Assembly: GCA_963752475.1 (NCBI GenBank) | Contig: CAVVYR010000006.1 | Location: forward strand, 384,001 to 448,000 | Reading direction: 5' to 3' | DNA length: 64,000 bases | Source: an uncultured Chloroflexia bacterium | GTDB lineage: Bacteria; Chloroflexota; Limnocylindria; Limnocylindrales; CSP1-4 | The notes under the pieces: model-generated | The model's input: the letters and a program-made list of their open reading frames with translations, nothing else | The model's database searches: none | What the model was told of the DNA's origin: nothing | Shown here: piece after piece, positions 29,513-39,276 of the stretch | Numbering within the stretch: position 1 is the stretch's first letter | How the letters are laid out: each line of letters begins with the position of its first letter | Made by a program: the position numbers and the translations under genes

Positions 29513-30220
29513 TTAGCGGCGGCGCAGGGGAGGCGTATCGAGGCAGATTACGTGCGCCCGCGACCCGACGCTGCCCTCGGTCTCCGGGCTGGTGACGGCT
29601 GGGGCCTGCCAGCCCACGGGCTTGTCACCTCCGATGACGCTGCTGGCGCTGATGATGCCGTCGGTGAGGAAGCCGCCTGAGAGCGCCACGTCACCCTTGT
29701 CACAGGTCGCGGTGGCGCCGGTCCGAACGCCGTCGAGATTGTCCCCGCAGGCCGAGCAGGGGGTGGCGACGACGTAGGTCGCGATCGAGCCGACCTCGCC
29801 CACGGTCCCACGAGACCCCTTCGGTCCGGGCGCGCCGTCGACGCCACCTCGCCCATCCTTGCCGTCCGTGCCGTCGCTGGCGTCGGCACCCCTGACGCCC
29901 CGGTCTCCGCGAGAGCCGCGTTGGCCCGGCAGGCCTCGTGGTCCTATCGGGCCCTTCGGCCCCCGCGCACCTTGGCTGCCGGCGTCCGGGTACTCGTACC
30001 ACACTGCCCGCCAGTCCTGCGGAGGATCGCATCCGGCTGGACCATTGATTCCGAGAGCCCTCACAGTGTCGTTGTCGTAGCTGTCCACGCAGGCCTCGTA
30101 TCGGACGCCGCTGGCAGCGAATGCTCCAGGCAGCAGACCTACGATCAGCACGCCCGGCACGAGCAGCGCGATGAGCATCCTGGCACGTCGACCGAGCCCA
30201 CCGGCAACTACCCGACTCAT
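29513..30220 (-). CDS. Exported collagen-like protein
   Basis: Signal peptide; Gly-X-Y run; C-terminal ATCDKGDVALSGGF domain. Confidence 0.85.
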   Translation of the reverse strand: MSRVVAGGLGRRARMLIALLVPGVLIVGLLPGAFAASGVRYEACVDSYDNDTVRALGINGPAGCDPPQDWRAVWYEYPDAGSQGARGPKGPIGPRGLPGQRGSRGDRGVRGADASDGTDGKDGRGGVDGAPGPKGSRGTVGEVGSIATYVVATPCSACGDNLDGVRTGATATCDKGDVALSGGFLTDGIISASSVIGGDKPVGWQAPAVTSPETEGSVGSRAHVICLDTPPLRRR

Positions 30221-30963
30221 GACGCGGCCTTCCGGTGCTTCGTGCCGAGGTCGGCGCAGATCACCTGGACCCGCAGCTCGGAGGGGCCATCGGCCGGCGC
30301 CAGCGCAATCGCCTGCCAGCTCGTTGGAGAAGGCGCCCCTTGACCGAGACTGGCCAGCACCAGGCCGTCGGTCTCGAAACCCCCGCCAAGCGCGAAGTCG
30401 CCCCCGTCGCAGCTGGCGTGGGCGGTCATCAGTCGGCCATCGCTCCCGGAGGTCGAAGCCCAGACCGAGTACGTGACGAGTTCGGCCATGGGCCCTCGTG
30501 GTCCCCGGGGCCCAGTCGCGCCCTGGGCGCCGTCCTTGCCGTCCTTGCCGTCCTTGCCGTCCTTCCCGTCCTTCCCGTCCTTCCCGTCCTTGCCCGGCTT
30601 GCCCACGAGTCCCTTCGGGCCCCGAACGCCCTTCGGTCCTCTTTGACCTGCCGCTCCCCTCGGCCCTGCCGCTCCCCTAGGCCCTGTCTGGTGCCAGACG
30701 ATTCGCGGGTGGCCCGAGTCGCAGGCTGGACTGCCACCTACCGACACACCGTACAGCTCATTGCCGTCGTAGCAGGCTCCGTAGACCTGGCCGGCGGCGA
30801 AGGTCGGCCTCGCCACCAGCAAGGGCCCTGAGGCAAGGGCCAACCCAAGTGTGATCGCGACGAGTTGCACAGCTCGACGCGCGAGCTGACGCGGCCCACT
30901 CGACACTCCGTGTGCCTTCGGTGGACTCGGTGGCGACAGGTCGTCCGGCGATACGGCACTCAT
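30217..30963 (-). CDS. Exported collagen-like protein
   Basis: Signal peptide; GPR/GKD triplets; ASCDGGDFALGGGF. Confidence 0.85.
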   Translation of the reverse strand: MSAVSPDDLSPPSPPKAHGVSSGPRQLARRAVQLVAITLGLALASGPLLVARPTFAAGQVYGACYDGNELYGVSVGGSPACDSGHPRIVWHQTGPRGAAGPRGAAGQRGPKGVRGPKGLVGKPGKDGKDGKDGKDGKDGKDGKDGAQGATGPRGPRGPMAELVTYSVWASTSGSDGRLMTAHASCDGGDFALGGGFETDGLVLASLGQGAPSPTSWQAIALAPADGPSELRVQVICADLGTKHRKAAS

Positions 30964-31664
30964 GATCGGGCCCGCTTGTGCTTGGCGCCGAGGTCCGCAC
31001 ACACGACGTAGACCTGCAGCTCGGATGCTCCGTCGTCTGCTGCGAGAGCGCTTGCGTGCCACGCCGTGGGCGATCGGCTGCTCTGGCCAAGACTGCTGAG
31101 GATGAGACCGTCGGTCTCGAATCCCCCGCCGGTCGCAAGGTCGCCGTCGTCGCAGGCGGCACTCACCGTCATCAACCGACCGGCGCTTGCCGAGGTCGTG
31201 GCGAACACCGAGTACGTCGGGAAGTCGAGCGTCGGTCCTTGGAGCCCCCGGGGCCCAGTCGCTCCGCGGGCGCCGTCCTTGCCGTCCTTGCCGTCCTTGC
31301 CGAGCTTGCCGTCCTTGCCGTCCTTGCCGTCCTTGCCTGGCTTGCCCTTGACGCCCTTCGGCCCCCTGACGCCCTTCGGTCCTCTCGGCCCTGCCGGCCC
31401 GGCTTGCCCGCGGGGGCCGGTCGCACCTGTCTCGCCCCAGACGATCCGGCTACCCCCGCAGCTGGCTCCGCGTCCCTGTGTGATGGACCTCAGGGACGTG
31501 GGGCCCGACTCCCCCATCTGGTACACGCAGGCACTGTAGACCTGGGTCGCCGCACGGGCAGGCGGAGTGGCCCCGAACGGCCCAAAGACGAGGGCCAGTC
31601 CGACCACGCACGCGACGGACTGCCCGCCTCGGTGCATTGGCATGCGGCCTCGATCTCGCGTCAT
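30960..31664 (-). CDS. Exported collagen-like protein
   Basis: Signal peptide; GPR/GKD triplets; AACDDGDLATGGGF. Confidence 0.85.
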   Translation of the reverse strand: MTRDRGRMPMHRGGQSVACVVGLALVFGPFGATPPARAATQVYSACVYQMGESGPTSLRSITQGRGASCGGSRIVWGETGATGPRGQAGPAGPRGPKGVRGPKGVKGKPGKDGKDGKDGKLGKDGKDGKDGARGATGPRGLQGPTLDFPTYSVFATTSASAGRLMTVSAACDDGDLATGGGFETDGLILSSLGQSSRSPTAWHASALAADDGASELQVYVVCADLGAKHKRARS

Positions 31665-31730
31665 CGCATCGCCTCTCGTGCGGCCATCTTGCCAGACTCG
31701 CGCAAGGGCACAAGGTGTCTATCTCCGGTG

Positions 31731-31757
31731 TGCCCATTCGGGCAGTGTGGGACGCCC
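31731..31757. promoter_or_regulatory. TGCCC-N4-GGGCA-N8-CGCCC site between divergent collagen and DUF4255 operons
   Basis: TGCCCATTCGGGCAGTGTGGGACGCCC. Confidence 0.6.
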
Positions 31758-31813
31758 GACCGTTTGCCCCGCCTACGCTTGCTGGCTTGGCCTCCTTGGC
31801 CGACCCTCGGTGA

Positions 31814-32560
31814 GTGATCCAGGACGTAGACGAATCCCTACGTGCCCTCCTTAAGCAGGACGCGGTGAGTAACAACGGTGTCGACATCGCGTTCGATGCG
31901 CCCACGACCGAGTGGGTTTCGCGTCGCAACGCCCCGACTGTCGATCTGTACCTGTACGACATCCGAGAGGATCTCTCGCGGCGCCAGACGATGTGGGAAG
32001 AGGTCCGTGACGAGGCCGGCCGCGTCACCGAACGCCGGCTCAGACCGCGATGGTTCCGCCTGTCCTACCTGTGCACAGCCTGGACGCAACGCCCCGAGGA
32101 CGAACACCGACTTCTCTCGGCCATGCTGAGCTGCTTCATCCGGCACGAGTCCTTGCCGATAGAGATGCTCGGTGGCGTCCTGGAGGGGACTGAGTTGCCG
32201 GTCGTGCTGACAGCCGCGCTCCCGCCCTCACAGGACCGCTCCATCGCCGATGTGTGGTCGGCACTCGGCGGCGAGTTGAAACCGTCGATCGACCTCGTGG
32301 TCACGGCCCCGTTGGACGTCCAACGCTCGCTCGAGGCCGGCCCACCGGTGCTCGAGGAGCCTGTTCTCAGCGTCATCCGCACTGATACCGGCTCCAAGTC
32401 CAAGTCGCGGAGGAAGCGCAAGGTGCCATCGGCACGAGATAGCGGCATCGAGCCGGGTGAGCCGGGCACTCTGGCGGAGACCCGGCGAGCCGGGACGAAG
32501 CGACAGCCTGGACGCACGCTTCGTTTGCGCGGTCTGTACGGAGACCGCACGAGCACATGA
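31814..32560 (+). CDS. DUF4255 / Pvc16-Afp16-like cap protein
   Basis: MIQDVDESL, FDAPT, LYLYDIRED, LSYLCTAW..PEDEHRLL, WSALGGELKPS. Confidence 0.92.
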   Translation: MIQDVDESLRALLKQDAVSNNGVDIAFDAPTTEWVSRRNAPTVDLYLYDIREDLSRRQTMWEEVRDEAGRVTERRLRPRWFRLSYLCTAWTQRPEDEHRLLSAMLSCFIRHESLPIEMLGGVLEGTELPVVLTAALPPSQDRSIADVWSALGGELKPSIDLVVTAPLDVQRSLEAGPPVLEEPVLSVIRTDTGSKSKSRRKRKVPSARDSGIEPGEPGTLAETRRAGTKRQPGRTLRLRGLYGDRTST

Positions 32561-34680
32561 CGACCGAGCCCGAGGCCTGCGTCGACCTTGAGCCATCACT
32601 CGCACATCTGCTGATGGGCCTCGGGCGCATCGAGGGCCGGGTCACGCGTGCGGTCGAGCGCAGGAGAATCCGCGCCGGGGACGCCCTCGACCAGTTCAAG
32701 GGGCTCTACATCTCCGAGAGCGACGTCGATCGCCTGCTCGATGATGATCACCGCGGGATCCTTGCGGAGGCTGATCGCGTCGTGCCATCCGACCCGGGTC
32801 TGGAGCGATGGACCAAGCGCCACGACGATGCCGGTGACGATCTGAGACTGCTGCGCCTCACACGCCTGTTCGAGCTCACGCCCCTGGACGTGGAACTGCT
32901 GCTCATCGCGGTTGCGCCGGATGTGGACGCTCGGTTCGAGCACCTGTATGGGTACCTGCAAGACGACATCACCCAGCGGCGAGCGAGCGCCGGCTTGGCC
33001 ATCGAGCTCGTCGGCTACCCCACGTGGTCGGCACAGGCTCGTTCACGGCTGACGCCCGGGGCCCCGCTTCGCACCGGTCAGCTGGTCGCGCTCGATGGTG
33101 ACGAGCGTCCATTCCTCACGAGAGCCCTGCGGGTCCCCGACCGCATCATCGCCTTCCTCCTTGGCAGCGACGCTCCCGATGCGCAGATCGCGCCCCTGCT
33201 CACCCAGTCGGTGGAGGTTGACTTGCCCGCCGCACGGGAACTCGCCGATGCCATCGATCGAGGCGCCAAGCTCGTCTACCTCGTCGATCGTGTCGGAGCA
33301 GCCTCGCGCTCGGTGGTGACCGAGGCCTTCAGCCTCCTGGGCCAGCCACTGCTTGCGCTCGACCTGACGCAGTCACGAGACGGGACGACGCTGGCCGAGG
33401 TGGCGAGCCTCGTCGTACGCGAGGTTCGGCTTCGCGGCGGAGGATCCTCCGTGGGGCCGGTAGAGGTCCTGAGCGACGCACCGGAAGCCATTCGCACGCT
33501 GGCGGATGGACCCCGGCCCACCGTGGTGATCGGTAGCGTGGCCTGGGAGCCGACTTGGTCTTCACGAGCACCGTTCATCCTGGATGCTCCGGTGCCCACC
33601 GCGGCCGAGCGCAGGGGCATCTGGCGTGGCGTCCTCGACGCGTCGGACGAGGCCTGCGATCCATCGTTGCCCGACCAGCTCTCCCCATTCTGGCTCACGC
33701 CGGATCAGATCGTGCGAGCGACATCGGCGGGCGTCACGAGGTCTCGCGCGGCAGGTCGATCCCTCGTCGTCGCCGACCTGCAAGCAGGCGCACGAGCGGA
33801 GAATGCAGCGGGGCTGGAGCGTCTTGCCCGACGGGTGGAGCCGAAGGTCACCTGGTCGCAACTCATCCTGCCTGACGACACGCTTGCCCAACTGCGCGAG
33901 CTAGCCGATCGGGCTCGCTTCCGCGACGTGGTCATCGACGAGTGGGACATGGGCGGGGGTGCCAGCCGCGGCCGCGGGGTGACCGGGCTCTTCGCTGGGG
34001 ATCCGGGCACCGGCAAGACGATGTCGGCTGAGGTGGTGGCGGCGGACCTGGGCCTGGATCTGTACGTCGTCGACCTCTCTACCGTGGTCGACAAGTACAT
34101 CGGCGAGACGGAGAAGAACCTCGATCGCATCTTCGATGCCGCCGACGGCATCAACGGGGTGCTCCTCTTCGACGAGGCCGATGCCTTGTTCGGCAAGCGC
34201 TCAGAGGTGAAGGACGCCCGTGATCGCTACGCCAATGTCGAGATCGCCTACCTGCTCCAGCGCATGGAGCGGTTCGACGGCTTGGCTGTCCTCACGACCA
34301 ACCTGCGTGCCAACCTCGACGAGGCCTTCGCTCGTCGCCTCGACGCGGTCGTCGACTTCGCCATGCCGGAGGAGGTCGATCGCCAGCGGCTCTGGGAGAT
34401 CCACCTACCACCGAGACTGCCGCAGGCAGACGACATCGATCTCGGCTTCCTCGCCGGCAGGTTCCGCATCTCGGGTGGGAACATCCGGAACATCTGTCTG
34501 GCCGCGGCATACTTCGCCGCCGAGGGAGGACGACCCGTGACGATGGCGGACCTGGTGCGTGGGACGGAGCGCGAGTATCGCAAGCTGGGCCGCATGACGG
34601 TAGAAGAGGAGTTCGGTCGCTACTTCGAGGTAATCCGTCGTCCGGCCAAGAACGACGTGCCACCCGTAGACGTCGCCTGA
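32557..34680 (+). CDS. eCIS AAA+ ATPase (Afp15/Pvc15-like)
   Basis: GDPGTGKT, VVDKYIGETEKNL, LLFDEADALFGKRSEVKDARDRYAN. Confidence 0.95.
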   Translation: MTTEPEACVDLEPSLAHLLMGLGRIEGRVTRAVERRRIRAGDALDQFKGLYISESDVDRLLDDDHRGILAEADRVVPSDPGLERWTKRHDDAGDDLRLLRLTRLFELTPLDVELLLIAVAPDVDARFEHLYGYLQDDITQRRASAGLAIELVGYPTWSAQARSRLTPGAPLRTGQLVALDGDERPFLTRALRVPDRIIAFLLGSDAPDAQIAPLLTQSVEVDLPAARELADAIDRGAKLVYLVDRVGAASRSVVTEAFSLLGQPLLALDLTQSRDGTTLAEVASLVVREVRLRGGGSSVGPVEVLSDAPEAIRTLADGPRPTVVIGSVAWEPTWSSRAPFILDAPVPTAAERRGIWRGVLDASDEACDPSLPDQLSPFWLTPDQIVRATSAGVTRSRAAGRSLVVADLQAGARAENAAGLERLARRVEPKVTWSQLILPDDTLAQLRELADRARFRDVVIDEWDMGGGASRGRGVTGLFAGDPGTGKTMSAEVVAADLGLDLYVVDLSTVVDKYIGETEKNLDRIFDAADGINGVLLFDEADALFGKRSEVKDARDRYANVEIAYLLQRMERFDGLAVLTTNLRANLDEAFARRLDAVVDFAMPEEVDRQRLWEIHLPPRLPQADDIDLGFLAGRFRISGGNIRNICLAAAYFAAEGGRPVTMADLVRGTEREYRKLGRMTVEEEFGRYFEVIRRPAKNDVPPVDVA

Positions 34681-34773
34681 CTGGCGAACGGTCAGCTGGG
34701 CGAGTCCGTGAACCGCGCGAGCGCTTCCTCCTGTGCGATGGGGCGTATCGGAACCGCGGCGGGTCAGGGATGC

Positions 34774-35448
34774 CTAGATGTAGCCCTCCCGGAGCGCAAA
34801 GGCGACAGCGTGCGTCCGGTTTCGCAGGTCGAAGCGACTGGTCACGTCATGGACGATGTTCTTGACCGTCCGCTCCGAGTAGTAGAGCCGACGACCCACT
34901 TCGGCAGTGTCATGGCCTTCAGCGAGCAGGCTGAGCACGGCGACCTCACGCTCGGTCAATCCGCTGAATGTCAGACCTCGTGGAGCCAGCACCCGGCGCT
35001 GCAGCCGACCGACCTGGTCCATGAACCGTCCCAGCAGATCCGCAGGCAGCGCGCCTTCGCCGAGAGCTACCGAGTGGATGGCGCGGACCAGAGCCTTGGT
35101 CGTCGCCTCCGAGCGCCGCAGGAGGCCGGCGATGCCGTTCTCGACGGCCAGCAGCATGCCGGTATCGTCGAGCCTGGAGACCACCAGCACGCTGCGCTCC
35201 ACCCCGTCTCGCCTCAGTCGACGGAGTTGCGTGGCAACATCCTGATCGACAGTCTCGGCGACGAGGATGGCAACGAGCGACGGGTCAGTTTCGGTGGCTT
35301 CCACGATCCGCACCGAGGGCTCCGCTCGAAGCTGGGACTCGATGCCGGCCTTCGAGAGTGGATCGTCTGTAGCGATGTAGACAGGAACGACGTCCGTCAT
35401 GGTCCTGAAGGCGGCGGCCCGGGATGACGGTGGCATGGCCAGCGACAC
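34774..35448 (-). CDS. LuxR/NarL-family regulator with degenerate receiver domain
   Basis: LTEREVAVL...SERTVKN...NRTHAVAFALREG; GTG start after AAGGAGG. Confidence 0.9.
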   Translation of the reverse strand: MSLAMPPSSRAAAFRTMTDVVPVYIATDDPLSKAGIESQLRAEPSVRIVEATETDPSLVAILVAETVDQDVATQLRRLRRDGVERSVLVVSRLDDTGMLLAVENGIAGLLRRSEATTKALVRAIHSVALGEGALPADLLGRFMDQVGRLQRRVLAPRGLTFSGLTEREVAVLSLLAEGHDTAEVGRRLYYSERTVKNIVHDVTSRFDLRNRTHAVAFALREGYI

Positions 35449-35555
35449 GGCACCCTCCTTGCTGCGACTCGCTCGCGATACGGTCGCATACGGGGCTTTC
35501 GGCCGACTGAAGGAATCCTTAAGTCGACGTGTGTGCAGCGCTCGATGCTCGGCCG

Positions 35556-35582
35556 GGGCAGTCGACACTGCCCGAAAGCGCA
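35556..35582. promoter_or_regulatory. GGGCA-N8-TGCCC site between LuxR and RTX genes
   Basis: GGGCAGTCGACACTGCCCGAAAGCGCA. Confidence 0.6.
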
Positions 35583-36228
35583 ACGACAGGGGTTGTCAGC
35601 ACGACAGGGGTGTCTCCCGCTTGTCAGACGCGCGAGAATCGAGGCGCACGCAGTAAGGGGGAAGCCATGACCGACAGTACCCGACGGACCCTTGCCATCC
35701 TCGCCAGCGCGGCGTTGACCGCCTCGCTGGCGACAGCCACGCTCGCGTCAGATGTGGACGCCGCCAAGAGGAAGCCCGTCGTCAAGTGTGACGGCAAGGT
35801 AGCCACGAAGGTCGGAACCAAGCGGCCCGACGTCATCCGCGGCACCGCCAGGAAGGACGTCATCGCCGGGCTCGGGGGCAACGACATCATCCTCGGCCGT
35901 GGTGGCAACGACACCATCTGCGGTGGCGCGGGCAACGACCGCCTCGTGGGTGGCCCCGGCCACGACAAGCTCCTCGGCCAGACCGGGCGGGACCGCCTCT
36001 TCGGTGGTTCGGGCGTGGACAAGCTCTTCGGTGGCCAGCAGAACGACTTCCTTGCGGGCCAGGATGGTCCCGACGTCCTCGGTGGCGGAGCCGGCAGCGA
36101 CCGGCTCGACGGCGGCATCGGGGTCGACCTCTGCAGCCAGGGCACCGGACACGGTCCGATGGTGCGCTGCGAGCTGCCCCGGGCGGTGTTCGCGCCGCCG
36201 GCGCCACCGGCACCGACCGGCCCGACGC
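35579..36228. repeat. 650-bp direct repeat, copy 1
   Basis: Appears identical to 40981..41630. Confidence 0.93.
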
Positions 36229-36713
36229 TCCATGACCTCTCCGGCGTCCTCGCGATCGCGTATAGCGACATCGACGTCCTTCCGGGCTACAGCACTGGCG
36301 ACGTCCTCATCGCGAAGCTGCTGGACGCGCACCCTGATGGCCAGCCCGGGACCGGTGACGTCATCAAGATGGGCCGCTTCCCGAAGGACTACGCAGGTAC
36401 GGCATTCGGCGACTGGGGCGTCCATGATCACCACGTATCGAAGGATGCACTCCATCCCTCGGGAACACGTATCGAGGTCGCGTCCGACCACGGGATCCAC
36501 GCCTGGAACGCTCCCGTACAGCTTGAGGTCTACTGGGAGGTCGACACGGGCGGCTACACGAGCTTCGATGATGCCCATGGATTCCCTGGCGAGGATGTGA
36601 TCCAGACGTATGCGACCTCGCCCAGCAAGCCACCCAGCCCCAACCTCGGGGAGAAGGAGCCGCGAATGGGTGACGATCCCTTCGTGGATGTCGAGATCCT
36701 GTACACGCCGTAG
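35667..36713 (+). CDS. Exported RTX-type Ca-binding repeat protein, paralog 1
   Basis: Signal peptide; GGxGxDxL nonapeptides; Pro linker; variable C-terminal domain. Confidence 0.85.
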   Translation: MTDSTRRTLAILASAALTASLATATLASDVDAAKRKPVVKCDGKVATKVGTKRPDVIRGTARKDVIAGLGGNDIILGRGGNDTICGGAGNDRLVGGPGHDKLLGQTGRDRLFGGSGVDKLFGGQQNDFLAGQDGPDVLGGGAGSDRLDGGIGVDLCSQGTGHGPMVRCELPRAVFAPPAPPAPTGPTLHDLSGVLAIAYSDIDVLPGYSTGDVLIAKLLDAHPDGQPGTGDVIKMGRFPKDYAGTAFGDWGVHDHHVSKDALHPSGTRIEVASDHGIHAWNAPVQLEVYWEVDTGGYTSFDDAHGFPGEDVIQTYATSPSKPPSPNLGEKEPRMGDDPFVDVEILYTP

Positions 36714-36805
36714 TGGCACGTCCGTGACCGCAGCGTCCTGCGCTGCCGTGCGCGACTGAGGCGACGCCTCAACGCGAGCCGCAACGGCAAGTCGAACCGT
36801 AGGAC

Positions 36806-36832
36806 TGCCCATCAAGGCAAGCCGGGATGCCC
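36806..36832. promoter_or_regulatory. TGCCC-N4-AGGCA-N8-TGCCC site upstream of candidate effector
   Basis: TGCCCATCAAGGCAAGCCGGGATGCCC. Confidence 0.55.
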
Positions 36833-37714
36833 GTTGGCAGCGTCCCTTGCGGGGTATAACCACTCCATGGGCAAGGGTGTCGACAGAGGCGTGCACGAAC
36901 CGTCCTGCTCGAAGTCGACCGACCTGCCGAGCGGCGGGCGGAAACCGGTGACCGGAGCCGGTAGCAGCCGCGGGCGGCGGCCTGATCCCGCCGAAGCTAC
37001 CGTCGCTGGACTCGAGTGGGGCATCGGCAGCCGAGCGTTCGGCGCGTTGCTCGATGGGAGCGCTGCGGATCGCCTGCCCCCAGATGAAGCAGCCTCGCGT
37101 GTTCGCCCTCGGGCCGTGCCTGGGGTCCGGCCGGTCGGCACACCAGCGACCCCATTGCTGCTTGGCCTGCAGCGTTCCGCTGGCAATCGAGCAGTCGGGC
37201 AATACGTCCTGCGACAGGTTCCCAGGAGACGCGGGCAGCCGAACCTCAAGACGGGCATACCGGCCACGGCGAAGCGGATCGTCGAGGTACTGAGGGATCG
37301 GGCGCTCACTCGCAAGTCGCGTGATGTCATCCTGATGAAGGTCGATGGGTATCCGAGCCTGGCTGATCCTGACACAGGGAAGAGAGCTGTCGAGAAGTTC
37401 TACAACTACTACCTATGGCATAGCGGTGGTCGGCCGTTCGAGGTCGACGTGGCGGCGGCGATCAAGAGCGGCGCGCTGAGTCCAGATATCAAGACAAGGC
37501 TTCCGCACCTCTTCCCCGGCATCGCATCCGACATCAAGAGGAGGAAGGAGGTCAAGGTGCGGATCACGCTCCATTCCGATCACCTGTTTCGGTCCAATCC
37601 GATCAGTCGTTTCGGAGGTTTCCGATCACCCACCGGGTGAGGCCGTCACCGCCCTGACGTGAGGGTGCGAGGTTCCGTCACCGTGGCTCGGACGATTCAA
37701 CCGTTCGAGGAGCG

Positions 37715-39262
37715 ATGCCGGTGCCACGTCCCCGTTCCACCATGCGCAAGATCCGCGAGATCCTCCGCCTCGTCATCGGCGAGGGCCTCTCCCGCCGGCA
37801 GGCCGCCGCGGCCACCGGGTCGCCGTACTCCACGATCGCCGACCACCTCGGTCGCGCGCAGCGGGCCGGACTGGGCTGGCCGTTGCCCGAGGACATGGAC
37901 GATGCCGAGCTCGAGGCCCGCCTCTTCGCGAAGCCGGAGGCACCACCGGCCTCGAGCCGACCGCTGCCCGACTGGGCCACCGTGCACCGCGAGCTGCGGA
38001 AGAAGGGCGTGACCCTCCAGCTGCTGCACATGGAATACCGGGAGCGTCATCCCGACGGCTACGGGTATACCCAGTTCTGCCGGCACTATCGGACCTGGCA
38101 GGGCCACCTCGACCTGGTCATGCGCGGGGAGCACCGTGCCGGTGAGAAGCTCTTCGTCGACTTCGCCGGGATGACCCTGCCCATCACCGATCCGGAGACC
38201 GGCGAGGTCTGGCAGGCCGAGCTCTTCGTGGCTGTGCTCGGTGCGTCGAACCACACCTATGCCGAGGCCCTGCCCAGCCAGGCGCTGCCGCACTGGATCA
38301 GCGCCCACGTCCACGCCTTCGAGGCCTTCGGCGGCTGCCCCGCGATCATCGTGCCCGACAACCTTCGGTCGGGCGTGACCCGGCCCCACCGCTACGAACC
38401 CGACCTCAACCGGACCTACGCCGAGATGGCCGCCCATTACGGCTGTGCCATCATCCCCGCTCGCTCCGGGAAGCCGAGGGACAAGGCGAAGGCCGAACAG
38501 GGCGTCCTGCTCGCGGAGCGCTGGGTGCTGGCCGCCCTGCGCCAGCGCACGTTCTTCAGCCTCGCCGAGGCCAACACCGCGATCGTCGAACGCCTCGCCT
38601 GGCTCAACGCGCGGCCCTTCAGGAAGCTCCCGGGGTCACGCCGGACGATGTTCGAGACGCTCGACCGCCCCGCCCTGCGGCCACTGCCGTCCCACCCCTA
38701 CGAGTACGCCGAGTGGCGCACGGCCAAGGTCAACATCGACTACCACGTCGAGGTCGACCGCCACTGGTATTCCGTGCCCCACCAACTCGTCGGACAGCAG
38801 TGCGACATCCGCATCACCGTCGGGGTTGTCGAGGTGCTCCACCGCGGTCGCCGGGTGGCCAGCCACCGACGGAGCACGCGGCAGGGCCACTTCACGACCG
38901 AGCCGGCGCACATGCCCGAGGCCCATCGGCGCCATGCCGAGTGGACGCCGTCACGCATCGTCGCCTGGGCCGAGCGATCGGGGCCTGCCACGGGGGCGCT
39001 GGTGGCCGAGATCATGGCCAGCCGACCGCATCCCGAGCAGGGCTTCCGCTCGTGTCTGGGGATCATGCGCCTCGGCCGCCGCTATGGCGACGATCGCCTC
39101 GAGGCCGCGGCCACGCGGGCGCTGGCCATCCGCGCCCACTCCTATCGCAGCGTCGAGTCGATCCTCAAGGCCGGCCTCGACGGTGTGCCCCTGCCCGGTG
39201 ACGAGCCGGTCACGTCCATCGGCCATCACGCCAACGTGCGTGGCCCCGCCTACTACGAATGA
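37715..39262 (+). CDS. istA: IS21 transposase
   Basis: MRKIREILRL, GEKLFVDFAG, VPDNLRS, KPRDKAKAE, HWYSVP. Confidence 0.95.
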   Translation: MPVPRPRSTMRKIREILRLVIGEGLSRRQAAAATGSPYSTIADHLGRAQRAGLGWPLPEDMDDAELEARLFAKPEAPPASSRPLPDWATVHRELRKKGVTLQLLHMEYRERHPDGYGYTQFCRHYRTWQGHLDLVMRGEHRAGEKLFVDFAGMTLPITDPETGEVWQAELFVAVLGASNHTYAEALPSQALPHWISAHVHAFEAFGGCPAIIVPDNLRSGVTRPHRYEPDLNRTYAEMAAHYGCAIIPARSGKPRDKAKAEQGVLLAERWVLAALRQRTFFSLAEANTAIVERLAWLNARPFRKLPGSRRTMFETLDRPALRPLPSHPYEYAEWRTAKVNIDYHVEVDRHWYSVPHQLVGQQCDIRITVGVVEVLHRGRRVASHRRSTRQGHFTTEPAHMPEAHRRHAEWTPSRIVAWAERSGPATGALVAEIMASRPHPEQGFRSCLGIMRLGRRYGDDRLEAAATRALAIRAHSYRSVESILKAGLDGVPLPGDEPVTSIGHHANVRGPAYYE

Positions 39263-39276
39263 GACAGGAGGTCCCC

